Source: Candidatus Micrarchaeota archaeon
GTDB lineage: Archaea; Micrarchaeota; Micrarchaeia; Micrarchaeales; CABMGC01
NCBI GenBank assembly: GCA_021802765.1
Contig: JAJZRI010000002.1
Span: 27,299 to 91,298, forward strand
Direction of reading: 5' to 3'
Length of the DNA stretch: 64,000 nucleotides
The notes below the pieces were generated by a model. The model did not search any database, was not told the DNA's origin, and saw nothing but the letters and a program-made list of their open reading frames with translations. Below, piece after piece: positions 18,025-28,134 of the stretch; within the stretch, counting starts at the first letter, position 1, and every line of letters begins with the position of its first letter. A program made the position numbers and the translations under genes.

Positions 18025-18512
18025 TACACTACTGAAGCTGCCTTCTTTACGGCCTCATAATCCGGCTCAACTGTGGGATCGTCAGTAACCCACCTGTACG
18101 ATATCTTTCCATCCTTCACAATGAAGACTGCCCTCTTCGCAGCTACATATCCCTTCATACCTGCAAAGTCCTTCAGCGCTATGTCAAATTTCTTCACTGC
18201 TTTCCTTTTGTGATCGCTCAAAATCGTGAAATTTATTCCATTCGCCTCCTTGAAAGCCTTGTTTGCAAACGGGCTATCAACGCTTATTGCTATAACATTC
18301 GCATTCATAGAATTGAAGCTTGACATGCTGTCTCTGAACGTGCACATCTCCTTGGTGCAAACTCCAGTAAATGCACCCGGGAAAAATGCCAGTACAGTGG
18401 TCCTTCCCTTTACCGCTCGTGCGAGTGAAACCTTCTTCAGCTCTGTGTCAAACAACGATGCTCTTGGCATCTCATCTCCAACTTCAATCATATTATCACG
18501 CATAAACTTCAT
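18024..18512 (-). CDS. Thiol peroxidase / peroxiredoxin (AhpC-TSA/redoxin family)
   Basis: 'LAFFPGAFTGVCTKEMCTF' carries the peroxidatic Cys motif. Its start overlaps the malic enzyme stop (ATGA). Confidence 0.8.
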   Translation of the reverse strand: MKFMRDNMIEVGDEMPRASLFDTELKKVSLARAVKGRTTVLAFFPGAFTGVCTKEMCTFRDSMSSFNSMNANVIAISVDSPFANKAFKEANGINFTILSDHKRKAVKKFDIALKDFAGMKGYVAAKRAVFIVKDGKISYRWVTDDPTVEPDYEAVKKAASVV

Positions 18513-19792
18513 TCTTCAAAGCCCACCATGTATCTTCTGGTAGACTTCTCTATCCTGTGATATCTCTTTATCATCCTGCTGGCCTTTGCTTTGGCCTCTG
18601 TGTAAGATATATTATGCCTTGCAAGCTTCTCGGTCACTGCTGCTTCTGCCACGCTTGCAGCTATCTTTGGAATCACCTTCATTGCAAACTCCCTATCAAG
18701 CGTTGTCGGTATTATGAATTCCGGGTCAAGCTTCTTACCTACACTCTTAGCTATTGCTAAAGATGCGTGATGCAGCATACGGTATGTAACCCTCTTTGCC
18801 CTGCAATCAAGAAGTCCGCGCATTATCCCCGGGAAGGCAAGCAGGTTGTTGACCTGATTAGGCATGTCACTCCTTCCAGTGGCCACTATGTATGCGCCTG
18901 CATTTTTGGCTTCCTCATAACTTATCTCCGGCTGCGGATTGGCAAGCGCGAATACTATGGGTTTTTCATGCATAAGCGTTATGTAATCCTTCTTGAAGGC
19001 GCCTCCGGCAGATGCCCCTATTAGAACATCGGCATCTCTCACAACATCCTCAATCCATCCGTCCTTCCCCTCATGGTTTGTGAAATCGGCTATCTCTGCC
19101 TTAAATCCATTCATATCCTTTTCCCTCCCCTTGTATATTGCTCCCTTCTTGTCAAGCACTATAACATTGTTGAAGCCCGAATTGACGAGCTGCATCGTTA
19201 TTCCAAATCCCGCGCTGCCGGCCCCATTTACTACTATTCGCGCATCCTTATTTTTCTTTGCAAGTTTTATCGCATTTATCAGTGCAGCAAGAACCACGAC
19301 TGAGGTTCCCTGCCTATCGTCGTGAAGTATGGGTATGTCGAGCTCTTTTGACAATTGCTGGTATATCCTAAAGCTCTTTGGTGACTCTATATCCTCAAGG
19401 TTTATTCCTCCGAACGGCGGGGCAATTTGTCTGACTAATCGTATTATTTCGGCTTCGTCCTTTGTGTCTATGCATATAGGTATGGCATCCACTGCCCCGA
19501 ATTTCTTGAATAGCACCGCCTTTCCCTCCATTACCGGCATTCCTGCCTTTGGCCCTATATCTCCAAGGCCCAAGACTCGCGTACAGTCAGATATTATTGC
19601 TATGGTGTTTGATTTTGTAGTGTAGTCATAGACTTTGTCCGGATCCTTTCCTATCTCATCGCTGACAAACGATACTCCTGGGGTGTAATAAGTCGATAGA
19701 TCCTCCTTTCCTTCAACGAGAACTCTTGATATTATTTCGGTCTTTCCATGTGCCTTCCTGTGATAATAAAGTATCTTCTCTTTGTCAATCAA
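18509..19792 (-). CDS. NAD(P)-dependent malic enzyme
   Basis: 'LSTYYTPGV', 'VVNGAGSAGFGI' and 'DDRQGTSVVVLA'. TTG start overlaps the upstream stop (TTGA). Confidence 0.85.
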   Translation of the reverse strand: MIDKEKILYYHRKAHGKTEIISRVLVEGKEDLSTYYTPGVSFVSDEIGKDPDKVYDYTTKSNTIAIISDCTRVLGLGDIGPKAGMPVMEGKAVLFKKFGAVDAIPICIDTKDEAEIIRLVRQIAPPFGGINLEDIESPKSFRIYQQLSKELDIPILHDDRQGTSVVVLAALINAIKLAKKNKDARIVVNGAGSAGFGITMQLVNSGFNNVIVLDKKGAIYKGREKDMNGFKAEIADFTNHEGKDGWIEDVVRDADVLIGASAGGAFKKDYITLMHEKPIVFALANPQPEISYEEAKNAGAYIVATGRSDMPNQVNNLLAFPGIMRGLLDCRAKRVTYRMLHHASLAIAKSVGKKLDPEFIIPTTLDREFAMKVIPKIAASVAEAAVTEKLARHNISYTEAKAKASRMIKRYHRIEKSTRRYMVGFEE

Positions 19793-20226
19793 GCACGTCT
19801 CCTCCTATCCTTTTTTCTTACTGGAACCATTACTTTGAATAGTGCAAGTGCCGTAATTATTGTGAATGCCACAAGCACAGGCATTGCTATCTGCCTATAA
19901 TATCCTATTGATGCGTACTGCTCATTCGCAAGTTGTTCTGCTCTCTGAGCGTATATAACTGCAACATTTGGCGAACTTAGATAAAGTGACGAGGCATTTG
20001 ACAGGTAATTGTATGATGCGGAGAGATTGGGTCTGAATATTAGATAGCCGCTCTCGTTTACAAGGTTGACGTACGCATAAGCTTTTGCAATAGTACTGTT
20101 GGCCAGTTCTACGCTATAGTTCTGTTTGGATATCTGTGAAGCATGTGTCATAGATAATAGGAAAGCAAACACTAAAAGTAAAAATGCATACCTCATGCTC
20201 TCATACCTATGAAAATCCGTAAGCAC
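19789..20226 (-). CDS. Small secreted or membrane protein (signal peptide plus C-terminal TM); function unknown
   Basis: 'MRYAFLLLVFAFLLSMTHA' (probable start at the internal Met, top coordinate ~20196). C-terminus 'MPVLVAFTIITALALFKVMVPVRKKDRRRRA'. Confidence 0.5.
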   Translation of the reverse strand: MLTDFHRYESMRYAFLLLVFAFLLSMTHASQISKQNYSVELANSTIAKAYAYVNLVNESGYLIFRPNLSASYNYLSNASSLYLSSPNVAVIYAQRAEQLANEQYASIGYYRQIAMPVLVAFTIITALALFKVMVPVRKKDRRRRA

Positions 20227-20229
20227 AGC

Positions 20230-21249
20230 TTACAGATTTACGTCGATGTTAAGCTCCTTTTTGAGCTCCCTGTATCTGTTCCTTATCGTCACTTCGGTTA
20301 CACCTGCTACGTCGGCGACCTCCTTCTGCGTCCTCCGCTCGCCAACAAGCGCGCCGGCTATATATACTGCTGCTGCAGAAACGCCCGTAGGGCTCCTTCC
20401 GCTTACAAGGCCCTTCTTCATGGCCTGCTTTAGCAGAAGCACCGCCTTCTCCTGCGCGTCTCCGCTCAGCTTGAGCGCCGAGACATACCTTGGAACATAG
20501 CTTGATGGGTCTGTGAGTGGTATCTTGAGATGAAGCTCGTGGGCTATTACTCTAAATGACCTCCCTATCTCCTTCTTAGGAACTCCAGATACCTGCGCTA
20601 TCTCGTCAAGTGTCCTAGGCATTCCTGCATCGCGGCATGTTGCATAAAGCGCCGCATTTACGACGGTTTCAATAGGCCTTCCTCTTATCAGGTTGTTCTT
20701 TACGCATTGCCTATAGAGAAGCGCTGCCTGTTCCCTTATGTTGTCAGGAAGTCCAAGGTAGCTGGCTACCCTGTTTAGCTCCGGAAGCGCAATCAAATAG
20801 TTCCTCTCGCTGGAACTGGCGATGCTCGCCCTCTTGTGCCATTTCCTCATCCTGTAGAGCTGCGCCTGCCTCTTCGACGGCAACTTCGTGCCCCTGATAT
20901 CCTTGTTATACATATCAATTTCAGTGACAAGACCTTTGTTTGGCTTCATGTATTTTATCGGAGCACCTGTTCGCGCACGCGCATTCCTCTGATCGGCGTC
21001 GAATGCCCTCCATTCAGGTCCGCTGTCAGTTACATTCTCCTCTATGATTAGGCCGCAGTTGTTGCAGACGTACTCTCCCTTCTCATTATCGAAGATGATG
21101 TCCGTGCTTCCGCAGCTTGTACATTTCTTTATCTCTCCCCGTATAACCTTAGGTATCTCCAAATGCCTAGGCTCAAACTCGACGCTTTCAGATCCAACTT
21201 CGTCATGACCAGCTTCCGAATCCTTTGAATGTTTGTTTATTTTTGCCAT
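20230..21249 (-). CDS. tfb: Transcription initiation factor B (TFIIB homologue)
   Basis: Zn ribbon 'CTSCGSTDIIFDNEKGEYVCNNCG', two cyclin-fold repeats, and 'GRSPTGVSAAAVYIA'. There is a ~40-aa acidic N-terminal extension. Confidence 0.95.
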   Translation of the reverse strand: MAKINKHSKDSEAGHDEVGSESVEFEPRHLEIPKVIRGEIKKCTSCGSTDIIFDNEKGEYVCNNCGLIIEENVTDSGPEWRAFDADQRNARARTGAPIKYMKPNKGLVTEIDMYNKDIRGTKLPSKRQAQLYRMRKWHKRASIASSSERNYLIALPELNRVASYLGLPDNIREQAALLYRQCVKNNLIRGRPIETVVNAALYATCRDAGMPRTLDEIAQVSGVPKKEIGRSFRVIAHELHLKIPLTDPSSYVPRYVSALKLSGDAQEKAVLLLKQAMKKGLVSGRSPTGVSAAAVYIAGALVGERRTQKEVADVAGVTEVTIRNRYRELKKELNIDVNL

Positions 21250-21313
21250 ATTTATCCCAAAATATCGGTTTTAGTAGTAATCCTTATCAAAATCAGCAAT
21301 AAGATTGTATACA

Positions 21314-21330
21314 ATAAGGTATTTAAATCT
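21314..21330 (-). promoter_or_regulatory. Promoter motif ATAAGGTATTTAAATCT (palindromic ATTTAAAT core) upstream of tfb
   Basis: An identical 17-mer recurs at 34507-34523 upstream of tuf. Only minus-strand genes lie downstream of it here. Confidence 0.5.
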
Positions 21331-21377
21331 ATGTTTTATTATACGTCAGAAGCTCCAATTAGCTTTATAAGGATTTG

Positions 21378-23117
21378 CTAGGTGCTGTTCGTCGGGTTTC
21401 TAGTAATGTAATAGAGCGAGTAGTTGTTTATTCCGTTAGGTGATCTTTCGCTAACTATGAGTCGTGGGTTGTACTTTTGCAGGCCGCTATTGCATGTTGA
21501 GTTTCTAAATTCAGGAGTAGTGCACCAGTATCCTTGGTCAAAGACGAAGCAGCTAAATTTGCTTGCAAATGCCGAAGAATTTATTGTATTGGTCTGCAAA
21601 TAACTTATCTCTATTGCACTTCTGTTCTGTATCACCCAGACATCCGGATCAAACGTGTACACAAGGCAATTGTTAGGCACGAGATGGGCATTCTGGTTTA
21701 CAAAGTTCATATATCCTAGGGCCATTGCTTGCTGTGGCATCCTTGAAGGGCTAACTGTTATTATACTTATTGCATTGTAGAATGGTAGCACCGCAAAAAT
21801 AACAATTAGTGCAATAAATGCCACGTCCTGTATCAGCCTTCTCGCGCCGATGTTCTTTTTCTTATTAAAGTATGCTATGTGGCTTACGAATTCTTCACTG
21901 ATGCTTGCAATGCCAAATCCAGCAAACAGTGCTATTGGTGGGTACAATATGAGCATGAACCTGACATCCACCCCGAAATTTACCGATCCGGCATAAAATG
22001 CATCATAAAGAAGATGAAATGCAACTATCCAAAGTGCGAGCAGAACAAAAGGAAGGCCTTTCTTTGTTCCTTTGTAGAGCATTAGCCCTGCTCCGATGAG
22101 CGCTGCGATAGTGGTGATTATTGAGAAATAAGTTGGATAATAACCCAATACCGTGAATGCGCCAAGGAAGAAATTCACATTTGAAGCGATATTGCACTTT
22201 AGGTTGCTTATAGAAAAGGTGGCATTAGATTGCGCGCCACAAATATATCCGTTGCCATAGTCAGGACTTCTTACTTGGCCAATGACATAGTAAATTTCAG
22301 GAAGTATTATCAAGAAGAAGAGCAGGATTATCAACAGGTCCTTTATGTTATCACTTGCCAATAGCTTTCTAATGCCTTTTTTTAGTCCATTGGTGACCAG
22401 AGAGCTATAAGTTATCACCACGACTATTACCGGAATAAGCAGCATAGCTTCTGCCCTTGAATACACTGCTATACCTAGTGAGAAGAGCATTAATGCAAGT
22501 GACGTGCTGCTTTTGTCCCTATTATAAATTACATATGCGTTGAAAGCAAGCAGTGCCGAAGCCATTAAGAGCATGTTTGGTATCGCCTGTGTTCTGGACC
22601 ATATGAATAATTCTGGAATCAATGCAAAGACTGTTGCGGCTGCTAATCCTGCGCGCTTTCCAAGTAGATACGTACCAAGAGTAAACACCAACACTATTGA
22701 CAATGCGCCCATCATCAAGCTCATCACATATGCTGTCTGTGAGCTTATGCCGAAAAGGAAAAAGAAGATTGCAAGATAGAATGATATTTCAACCGGGTCA
22801 TGATAAATCTGGTATCCTTCGCACCAGTTAAGGTATGCGGTTCCGTACTGGCACCACAGCGCATTTCCGGTATGCATTATGCTTAGGGCTATCTCCTGGT
22901 ATATGGTTTCATCAAAGTAAAGTTGCTCGACGGGGTGCACGTAAAGGGAAGAAAAAACAACGAAGAAGAGCACTACCAGCAGTGCAAGTGATATGTACGC
23001 TTTTGTAGTGTTTTCAAGAAGTCTCTTTACCAGGGTCTTTCTCAGCATAAGGGCACTTACTACGACTCCTAAAAGCAGTGCTACATATGCAATGGTGAAA
23101 AGATACCCTATAATCAT
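21378..23117 (-). CDS. GT-C fold membrane glycosyltransferase (PMT/ArnT-like, GT39/GT83-type)
   Basis: 579 aa with many TM helices. The acidic 'LYFDETIYQE' motif sits in the first extracytoplasmic loop, and there is a soluble C-terminal domain. No WWDYG motif is present, so it is not AglB. Confidence 0.6.
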   Translation of the reverse strand: MIIGYLFTIAYVALLLGVVVSALMLRKTLVKRLLENTTKAYISLALLVVLFFVVFSSLYVHPVEQLYFDETIYQEIALSIMHTGNALWCQYGTAYLNWCEGYQIYHDPVEISFYLAIFFFLFGISSQTAYVMSLMMGALSIVLVFTLGTYLLGKRAGLAAATVFALIPELFIWSRTQAIPNMLLMASALLAFNAYVIYNRDKSSTSLALMLFSLGIAVYSRAEAMLLIPVIVVVITYSSLVTNGLKKGIRKLLASDNIKDLLIILLFFLIILPEIYYVIGQVRSPDYGNGYICGAQSNATFSISNLKCNIASNVNFFLGAFTVLGYYPTYFSIITTIAALIGAGLMLYKGTKKGLPFVLLALWIVAFHLLYDAFYAGSVNFGVDVRFMLILYPPIALFAGFGIASISEEFVSHIAYFNKKKNIGARRLIQDVAFIALIVIFAVLPFYNAISIITVSPSRMPQQAMALGYMNFVNQNAHLVPNNCLVYTFDPDVWVIQNRSAIEISYLQTNTINSSAFASKFSCFVFDQGYWCTTPEFRNSTCNSGLQKYNPRLIVSERSPNGINNYSLYYITRNPTNST

Positions 23118-23215
23118 GATTAGCCTTCTCCCATTAGATATTTAAAATTAGTTTATTGTCAAAGACTGCCATGCGGCTTTATTAATCTGTCTTTGTAATT
23201 TTAAATCGATATTCA

Positions 23216-24289
23216 ATGGTAAATGTCGAGGTAAAATCTCCTTCAAACATAAAAATTTCAGGAGAGCACTCTGTAGTATATGGCGGTCCTTGCCTTTCCG
23301 CAGCCATACCAATATATGCAACAGCGTCTGTGAAGGATTGCAATACTGAAAAATTGGAAATATTCTTAAATGACCTAAGCATGAATGCGTCGTTCGACGC
23401 ATCTGCACTCAGAGCGCTTTATATTGAATATAGCAAAAGAGATGTTACTCCCAAAAAGGTAGGAGATGCTGCACCTACCGATCTTGTCAAATTTGTGGGA
23501 AGTCACAAGGAAATAACAAAGGAGATGCTCCCATACGCCGTCATTGCTTCTAGGTTGCTCGTTGAGCAAGGTGTAAATGTTATAAACAAAGAGATAACAA
23601 TACGCTCAGATGTGCCGATTGGGAAAGGATATGCCAGCAGTGCAGCCTGTGTAACTGCATTTACCGTTGCACTCATTAAATCGACAATGAAAGTACTTGA
23701 TGATTCCACTGTAATAGATATATCCCGCGACGGCGAGCGAATAATCCATCAGATCGAGACTGGCGGCCGACTGGACGTAGGTCCGATATATTTCGGGGGA
23801 TATGTTACATACGATGCAGACAATGGCATAAAGCAACAAAGCATATCAACACCAATAAAAATTGTTATACTGGATGTGGGAGAGAAACCACCCACTGCAG
23901 TGCAATTGGCTAAGGTGCGCAATAGGCGTGCCTTAAACCTGGAAGACACAGATAAGATATTAAGAGAAATTGACGCGTGCGTATTGCGATGCATCTCTGC
24001 TCTTAGAGATGGGGACACAAAAGAGCTCGGAAATCAAATGTCAATAAACCACGAACTGCTGAAAAAACTCGGTGTTTCATCAGATAAGCTGGACCTTGCA
24101 GTATCTCTTTCAGTTTCAAGCGGTGCTTACGGAGCAAAGCTTTGCGGCGGCGGCGGCGGCGGAATCGGCATTGCGCTTGTAAAGGATGATGCCACTGCAA
24201 AGAAGGTCATAGCTGCACTGAAAGAGCACGGGTTTATCGGCTTTGAAACTATTGTGACACTTGACGGTGCAAAGCATTATTTAAAGTAG
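23216..24289 (+). CDS. mvk: Mevalonate kinase
   Basis: GHMP motifs 'KISGEHSVVYGGPCLSAAI', 'PIGKGYASSAA' and 'GAKLCGGGGGG'. Confidence 0.85.
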   Translation: MVNVEVKSPSNIKISGEHSVVYGGPCLSAAIPIYATASVKDCNTEKLEIFLNDLSMNASFDASALRALYIEYSKRDVTPKKVGDAAPTDLVKFVGSHKEITKEMLPYAVIASRLLVEQGVNVINKEITIRSDVPIGKGYASSAACVTAFTVALIKSTMKVLDDSTVIDISRDGERIIHQIETGGRLDVGPIYFGGYVTYDADNGIKQQSISTPIKIVILDVGEKPPTAVQLAKVRNRRALNLEDTDKILREIDACVLRCISALRDGDTKELGNQMSINHELLKKLGVSSDKLDLAVSLSVSSGAYGAKLCGGGGGGIGIALVKDDATAKKVIAALKEHGFIGFETIVTLDGAKHYLK

Positions 24290-24298
24290 AATCAACAT

Positions 24299-25369
24299 GT
24301 GTATACTATGATGGCTTTGGATAAGGTGTTTACCGCGGAAGGCTCCCCAAATATTGCACTGATAAAGTATTGGGGCAAAAGAGACGAACGACTTATTTTG
24401 CCATGCAATTCATCCCTTAGCATAACATTTGATCGCAAGGCCATGCGTACTGTAACCAGTGTGATGTTCTCAAAGAGGCTCAGAAAAGACATATTCTATC
24501 TTGATGGAAAGAAGCAGGATCTAGATGACAAAGACATAAAGGAGAGATTTGCCATAGTTGAGAAGATGAGGCGCATTGCAAAGACCGATGCAAGGGTAGC
24601 AGTAGTATCGCAGAATTACTTTCCAACGGCAAGCGGCCTGGCATCAAGCGCGTCAGGTATAGCTACTTTAGTTTACGTTATAAACAAAGCCCTTGTCTTG
24701 GGCCTGAGTACCAAAGAGATGTCCATAATAGCAAGGCAAGGCAGCGGCAGCGCTTCAAGAAGCCTACTTGGCGGAGTGGTCGTATGGAACAAGGGTAAAA
24801 GGCACGATGGAAAAGACTCCTTCGCCCAGCAATTATTCAAAGAGGACTACTGGCCCGAGCTAATAGACAATATAGTAGTTGTGTCAACGGGCAAAAAGAA
24901 AGTTCCGTCAAGGGCCGGAATGCGCGCTACAGTCAATACAAATCCATTATTCAAGCAAAGAGCCAGTTCAGCGCAAAGCCGATTGGCGGAGATAAAAAAG
25001 GCCTTCAAGGCAAAGGATATATCAAAAGTTGCCGAATGCACAATTGCGGATAGCAACGAAATGCATGCGTTGATGCTCAGCACCATACCTTCAATACGCT
25101 ATCTCAATGCCGCATCATATGCCATAATGGATGCCATAGAAGAGCTTAATGCAATGGAAGGAAAGACGATAGCAGGATATACTTTCGATGCCGGACCTAA
25201 TGCCAACATAATAACAATCAGAAAGTATCAGGGCAAGGTGACTAGGGTTCTGTCGCAACTGGAAAAAAGAGGCATGATTTCGTATGTTAAAACGTCAGGA
25301 CTAGGGGAAGGACCACGCATGCTCCCAGAAAGCAGGTCCTTAATCAAAAAAAGCATGCTGGGCAGATGA
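24299..25369 (+). CDS. mvaD: Diphosphomevalonate decarboxylase family protein
   Basis: 'PNIALIKYWGKRD', 'PTASGLASSASG' and 'YTFDAGPNA' (Asp retained). ATG 24308 is a possible alternative to GTG 24299. Confidence 0.8.
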   Translation: MYTMMALDKVFTAEGSPNIALIKYWGKRDERLILPCNSSLSITFDRKAMRTVTSVMFSKRLRKDIFYLDGKKQDLDDKDIKERFAIVEKMRRIAKTDARVAVVSQNYFPTASGLASSASGIATLVYVINKALVLGLSTKEMSIIARQGSGSASRSLLGGVVVWNKGKRHDGKDSFAQQLFKEDYWPELIDNIVVVSTGKKKVPSRAGMRATVNTNPLFKQRASSAQSRLAEIKKAFKAKDISKVAECTIADSNEMHALMLSTIPSIRYLNAASYAIMDAIEELNAMEGKTIAGYTFDAGPNANIITIRKYQGKVTRVLSQLEKRGMISYVKTSGLGEGPRMLPESRSLIKKSMLGR

Positions 25370-25373
25370 ATTC

Positions 25374-26522
25374 ATGTTAAAAACAATAACCAGGAGAGCT
25401 CCAGGTAAGATTCTATGGCTGGGCGGATATTCGGTGCTTGAGCGTCCAAACATATCCTATGTGACTGCAGTAAACGCTTATGTAACTGCCACCGTAACGC
25501 CAAAAACCGATCAGAGCGTAATCCTTAACGCGCCCCAGCTTGGTCTTTCTGCAAAAGGCACAGTAGACAAACTCACCGGAGTAATCGATATGCAAGTGCC
25601 AAAAGAATTGCTGCTTCTTAAGACTGCGGCAGAGGTTGCGTCCAGGTACTCTTCTTCAAAAGGGGCTGCGATCGGAGGTTTTAGCATAACTACAAATAAT
25701 GACAAACAGTTTGCATACGCAATCTCTGATGGCAAGGTTGTTAAGAGCGGTCTTGGTACAAGCGCAGCCGTTACCGTTGCAGCTGTGGACTCCATTCTGA
25801 ACCTATTTGGAGAGAATCCAAATGAAAATGACTCGCTTCACAAGCTTTCGCAGATATCACATAGCATTGCGACCGGAAAGGTCGGCAGCGGATTTGACAT
25901 AGCAGCTGCAACACATGGAAGCATAACGTATGCCAGATATTCCCCGGAAATAATTAAGGGGTTGTCTTTAGAGTATGGTTCAAATGAACTTAAGGATCTT
26001 GTTAGTAAGAAATGGGACTATTCTATAGAAAAATTGGGCCTTCCGGATAGCCTTAGGATGTCCTTTGCAAATTTTGGCGAGTCAATGATAACCACAAAGG
26101 CGATAGGCAGCGTTTCTGAATTTAAGATAAAAGATCCCGATACATACCTGGATCTGGTTAATGAAATAAACCATGAAAATGTTGCAGCCATAAATGCGCT
26201 AAAGAAGGTTATAAAAAGTGATTACGATTCACTTGAGATATTCCGGGCAGCATTCGAGAGGGGAAGATATCTTACAAAAAAACTGGGCATGTTGAGCCGC
26301 GTTGGCATAGAGCCCGATGATTGCACAGATCTTATAGAAAAAAGCATGAAAAACGGCGCATATGTTGCAAAACTTCCAGGAGCGGGAGGAAAAGATGCCA
26401 TAGCCGCATTCTCACTTGATGCGCGCTCGCAGAATAATCTCATCGAATTCTGGAAGAGTCAAAAGAACTTAAACGCCATAGAAATAAAGGAGGCTATTTT
26501 CGGCACGCTAAAATCCGAATAA
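25374..26522 (+). CDS. Phosphomevalonate kinase (ERG8/GHMP type)
   Basis: 'APGKILWLGGYSVLE', 'KSGLGTSAAVTVA' and 'AKLPGAGGKDAIAA'. Third gene of the MVA operon. Confidence 0.7.
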   Translation: MLKTITRRAPGKILWLGGYSVLERPNISYVTAVNAYVTATVTPKTDQSVILNAPQLGLSAKGTVDKLTGVIDMQVPKELLLLKTAAEVASRYSSSKGAAIGGFSITTNNDKQFAYAISDGKVVKSGLGTSAAVTVAAVDSILNLFGENPNENDSLHKLSQISHSIATGKVGSGFDIAAATHGSITYARYSPEIIKGLSLEYGSNELKDLVSKKWDYSIEKLGLPDSLRMSFANFGESMITTKAIGSVSEFKIKDPDTYLDLVNEINHENVAAINALKKVIKSDYDSLEIFRAAFERGRYLTKKLGMLSRVGIEPDDCTDLIEKSMKNGAYVAKLPGAGGKDAIAAFSLDARSQNNLIEFWKSQKNLNAIEIKEAIFGTLKSE

Positions 26523-26544
26523 GCATCCAAAACATCATTGACAC

Positions 26545-27063
26545 TTATTTCTTATCAATATGCTGCAAGGCTATTGCTATATTTACATCGTCCAATTTAT
26601 TGCTTGCAATAAGTTTTAGCAGATACTTCCGACTTACCTTCACTACCTTAATATCCTCATCATTCTCAAGCTTCTGTTCACCACCCTTTAAGCTAGTTGC
26701 CTTGAAGAAGTGATACTTTGCATCCGAATATCCTAGCATTGGATAACCACTAAGAATATGGCTCATCTTTCCCGCCACAAAGCCAGTCTCTTCGAGCAGC
26801 TCCCTTGCTGCACCGCGTGCAGGCGATTCGCGAGATTTTAGCGTTCCGGACGGCAGTTCAAGCACATATCTGCGCAGTTCCGGCCTATATGAACGTGCCA
26901 GAACTATTTTTCCAGAGTCGGTTATTGGAATAACAAGGACTATGTCATTGTGTCTTATGAATGGCTTTGTTATGTCCCTTCCACGTATACGCACCCTTGC
27001 CTCAATTACATCAAACCTCCTAGTTCTGTATGGGACTGATTCGCCCATGAATTCAACTGCCAT
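26545..27063 (-). CDS. NUDIX hydrolase (ADP-ribose pyrophosphatase-like)
   Basis: Nudix box 'GTLKSRESPARGAARELLEETGF' (Gx5Ex7REUxEExGU). Confidence 0.85.
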   Translation of the reverse strand: MAVEFMGESVPYRTRRFDVIEARVRIRGRDITKPFIRHNDIVLVIPITDSGKIVLARSYRPELRRYVLELPSGTLKSRESPARGAARELLEETGFVAGKMSHILSGYPMLGYSDAKYHFFKATSLKGGEQKLENDEDIKVVKVSRKYLLKLIASNKLDDVNIAIALQHIDKK

Positions 27064-27175
27064 AATACATCTGCACGTTCAAGACTTTTAATTCTTTTTC
27101 CAATGCCTACCAAAACAAATCTGCATATTTTTAAACATTAAGGTGTCATTCTGATATGTTAATTGTGATGGCCGA

Positions 27176-28126
27176 ATGACAGATTCAAAATCAAATCTCT
27201 TAAAAAACCATGTTAAGGACATACGGCTAAAGAAGGCAATGACCGTAAAGGGCCTGATAGATTCGCAGAGGAGCGTCGGCGGATTTTCGGCGCAGCATAT
27301 GATCGATGGAATAGATATACTAAAGTCAATGCTAAATGACAAGCGGTCCTTCAACTTCCTATCGTTCCCTGCGGACATAGTGGCCACCGGGCTGCGCGGC
27401 ATGATTGCCGACTCCGTAAAGTACTTTGATGCAATAGTGACTACTTGCGGAACGCTCGACCACGACATAGCAAAAGCATACGGGGGCAAGTACAGCCTGG
27501 GAAGTTTTGAGGCGGATGATAGGAAACTGCACGAGATGGACATATATCGTCTCGGCAACATATTCATAGGTAGCGAGCAGTACGGACTGGCACTTGAGAG
27601 ATATTTCACGGAGATCATGAATGACATCTACAACTCGAAGGACTACAAGAAGGAATACAGCGCAAGAGAGCTTCTCAGGGAGTTCGGGAAGAGGATGAAG
27701 GATGAGCATTCAATAGTGAGGCAGGCATACCTAAACAACGTCCCGATATATGCTCCAGGCATACTGGATGGGGCGTTCGGAACACAGCTAGCGCTTTTCT
27801 CACAGGATCACGACTTCAAGCTTAATCTCCTTAGGGACGAGCTGGAACTGAGCAATATCTCCTTTGATCACAAAACTACCGGTGCGCTCATGCTCGGAGG
27901 CGGAATAAGCAAGCATCACGTAATATGGTGGAATCAGTTCAAGGGCGGCCTTGACTATGCCGTATACATAACCACGGCATCGCAGTATGATGGCAGCTTG
28001 TCAGGTGCACGCCTGACCGAAGCCGTTTCATGGGGAAAGGTGAAGGAGAAAGCCAAGTACACTACAATAGATGGAGACATAACGATAATACTTCCGATAA
28101 TGTTCTCCTACCTTGAGCTACTATAG
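27176..28126 (+). CDS. dys: Deoxyhypusine synthase
   Basis: 'MLGGGISKHHVIWWNQF' and 'TASQYDGSLSGA', at the typical ~315-aa size. Confidence 0.9.
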   Translation: MTDSKSNLLKNHVKDIRLKKAMTVKGLIDSQRSVGGFSAQHMIDGIDILKSMLNDKRSFNFLSFPADIVATGLRGMIADSVKYFDAIVTTCGTLDHDIAKAYGGKYSLGSFEADDRKLHEMDIYRLGNIFIGSEQYGLALERYFTEIMNDIYNSKDYKKEYSARELLREFGKRMKDEHSIVRQAYLNNVPIYAPGILDGAFGTQLALFSQDHDFKLNLLRDELELSNISFDHKTTGALMLGGGISKHHVIWWNQFKGGLDYAVYITTASQYDGSLSGARLTEAVSWGKVKEKAKYTTIDGDITIILPIMFSYLELL

Positions 28127-28134
28127 TGAACTAG

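Noticed and set aside
17513-18088. 191-aa plus-strand ORF.
   Set aside because: It is antisense to the aquaporin gene, which has both NPA boxes on the minus strand.
27088-27627. 179-aa minus-strand ORF.
   Set aside because: It is antisense to deoxyhypusine synthase.
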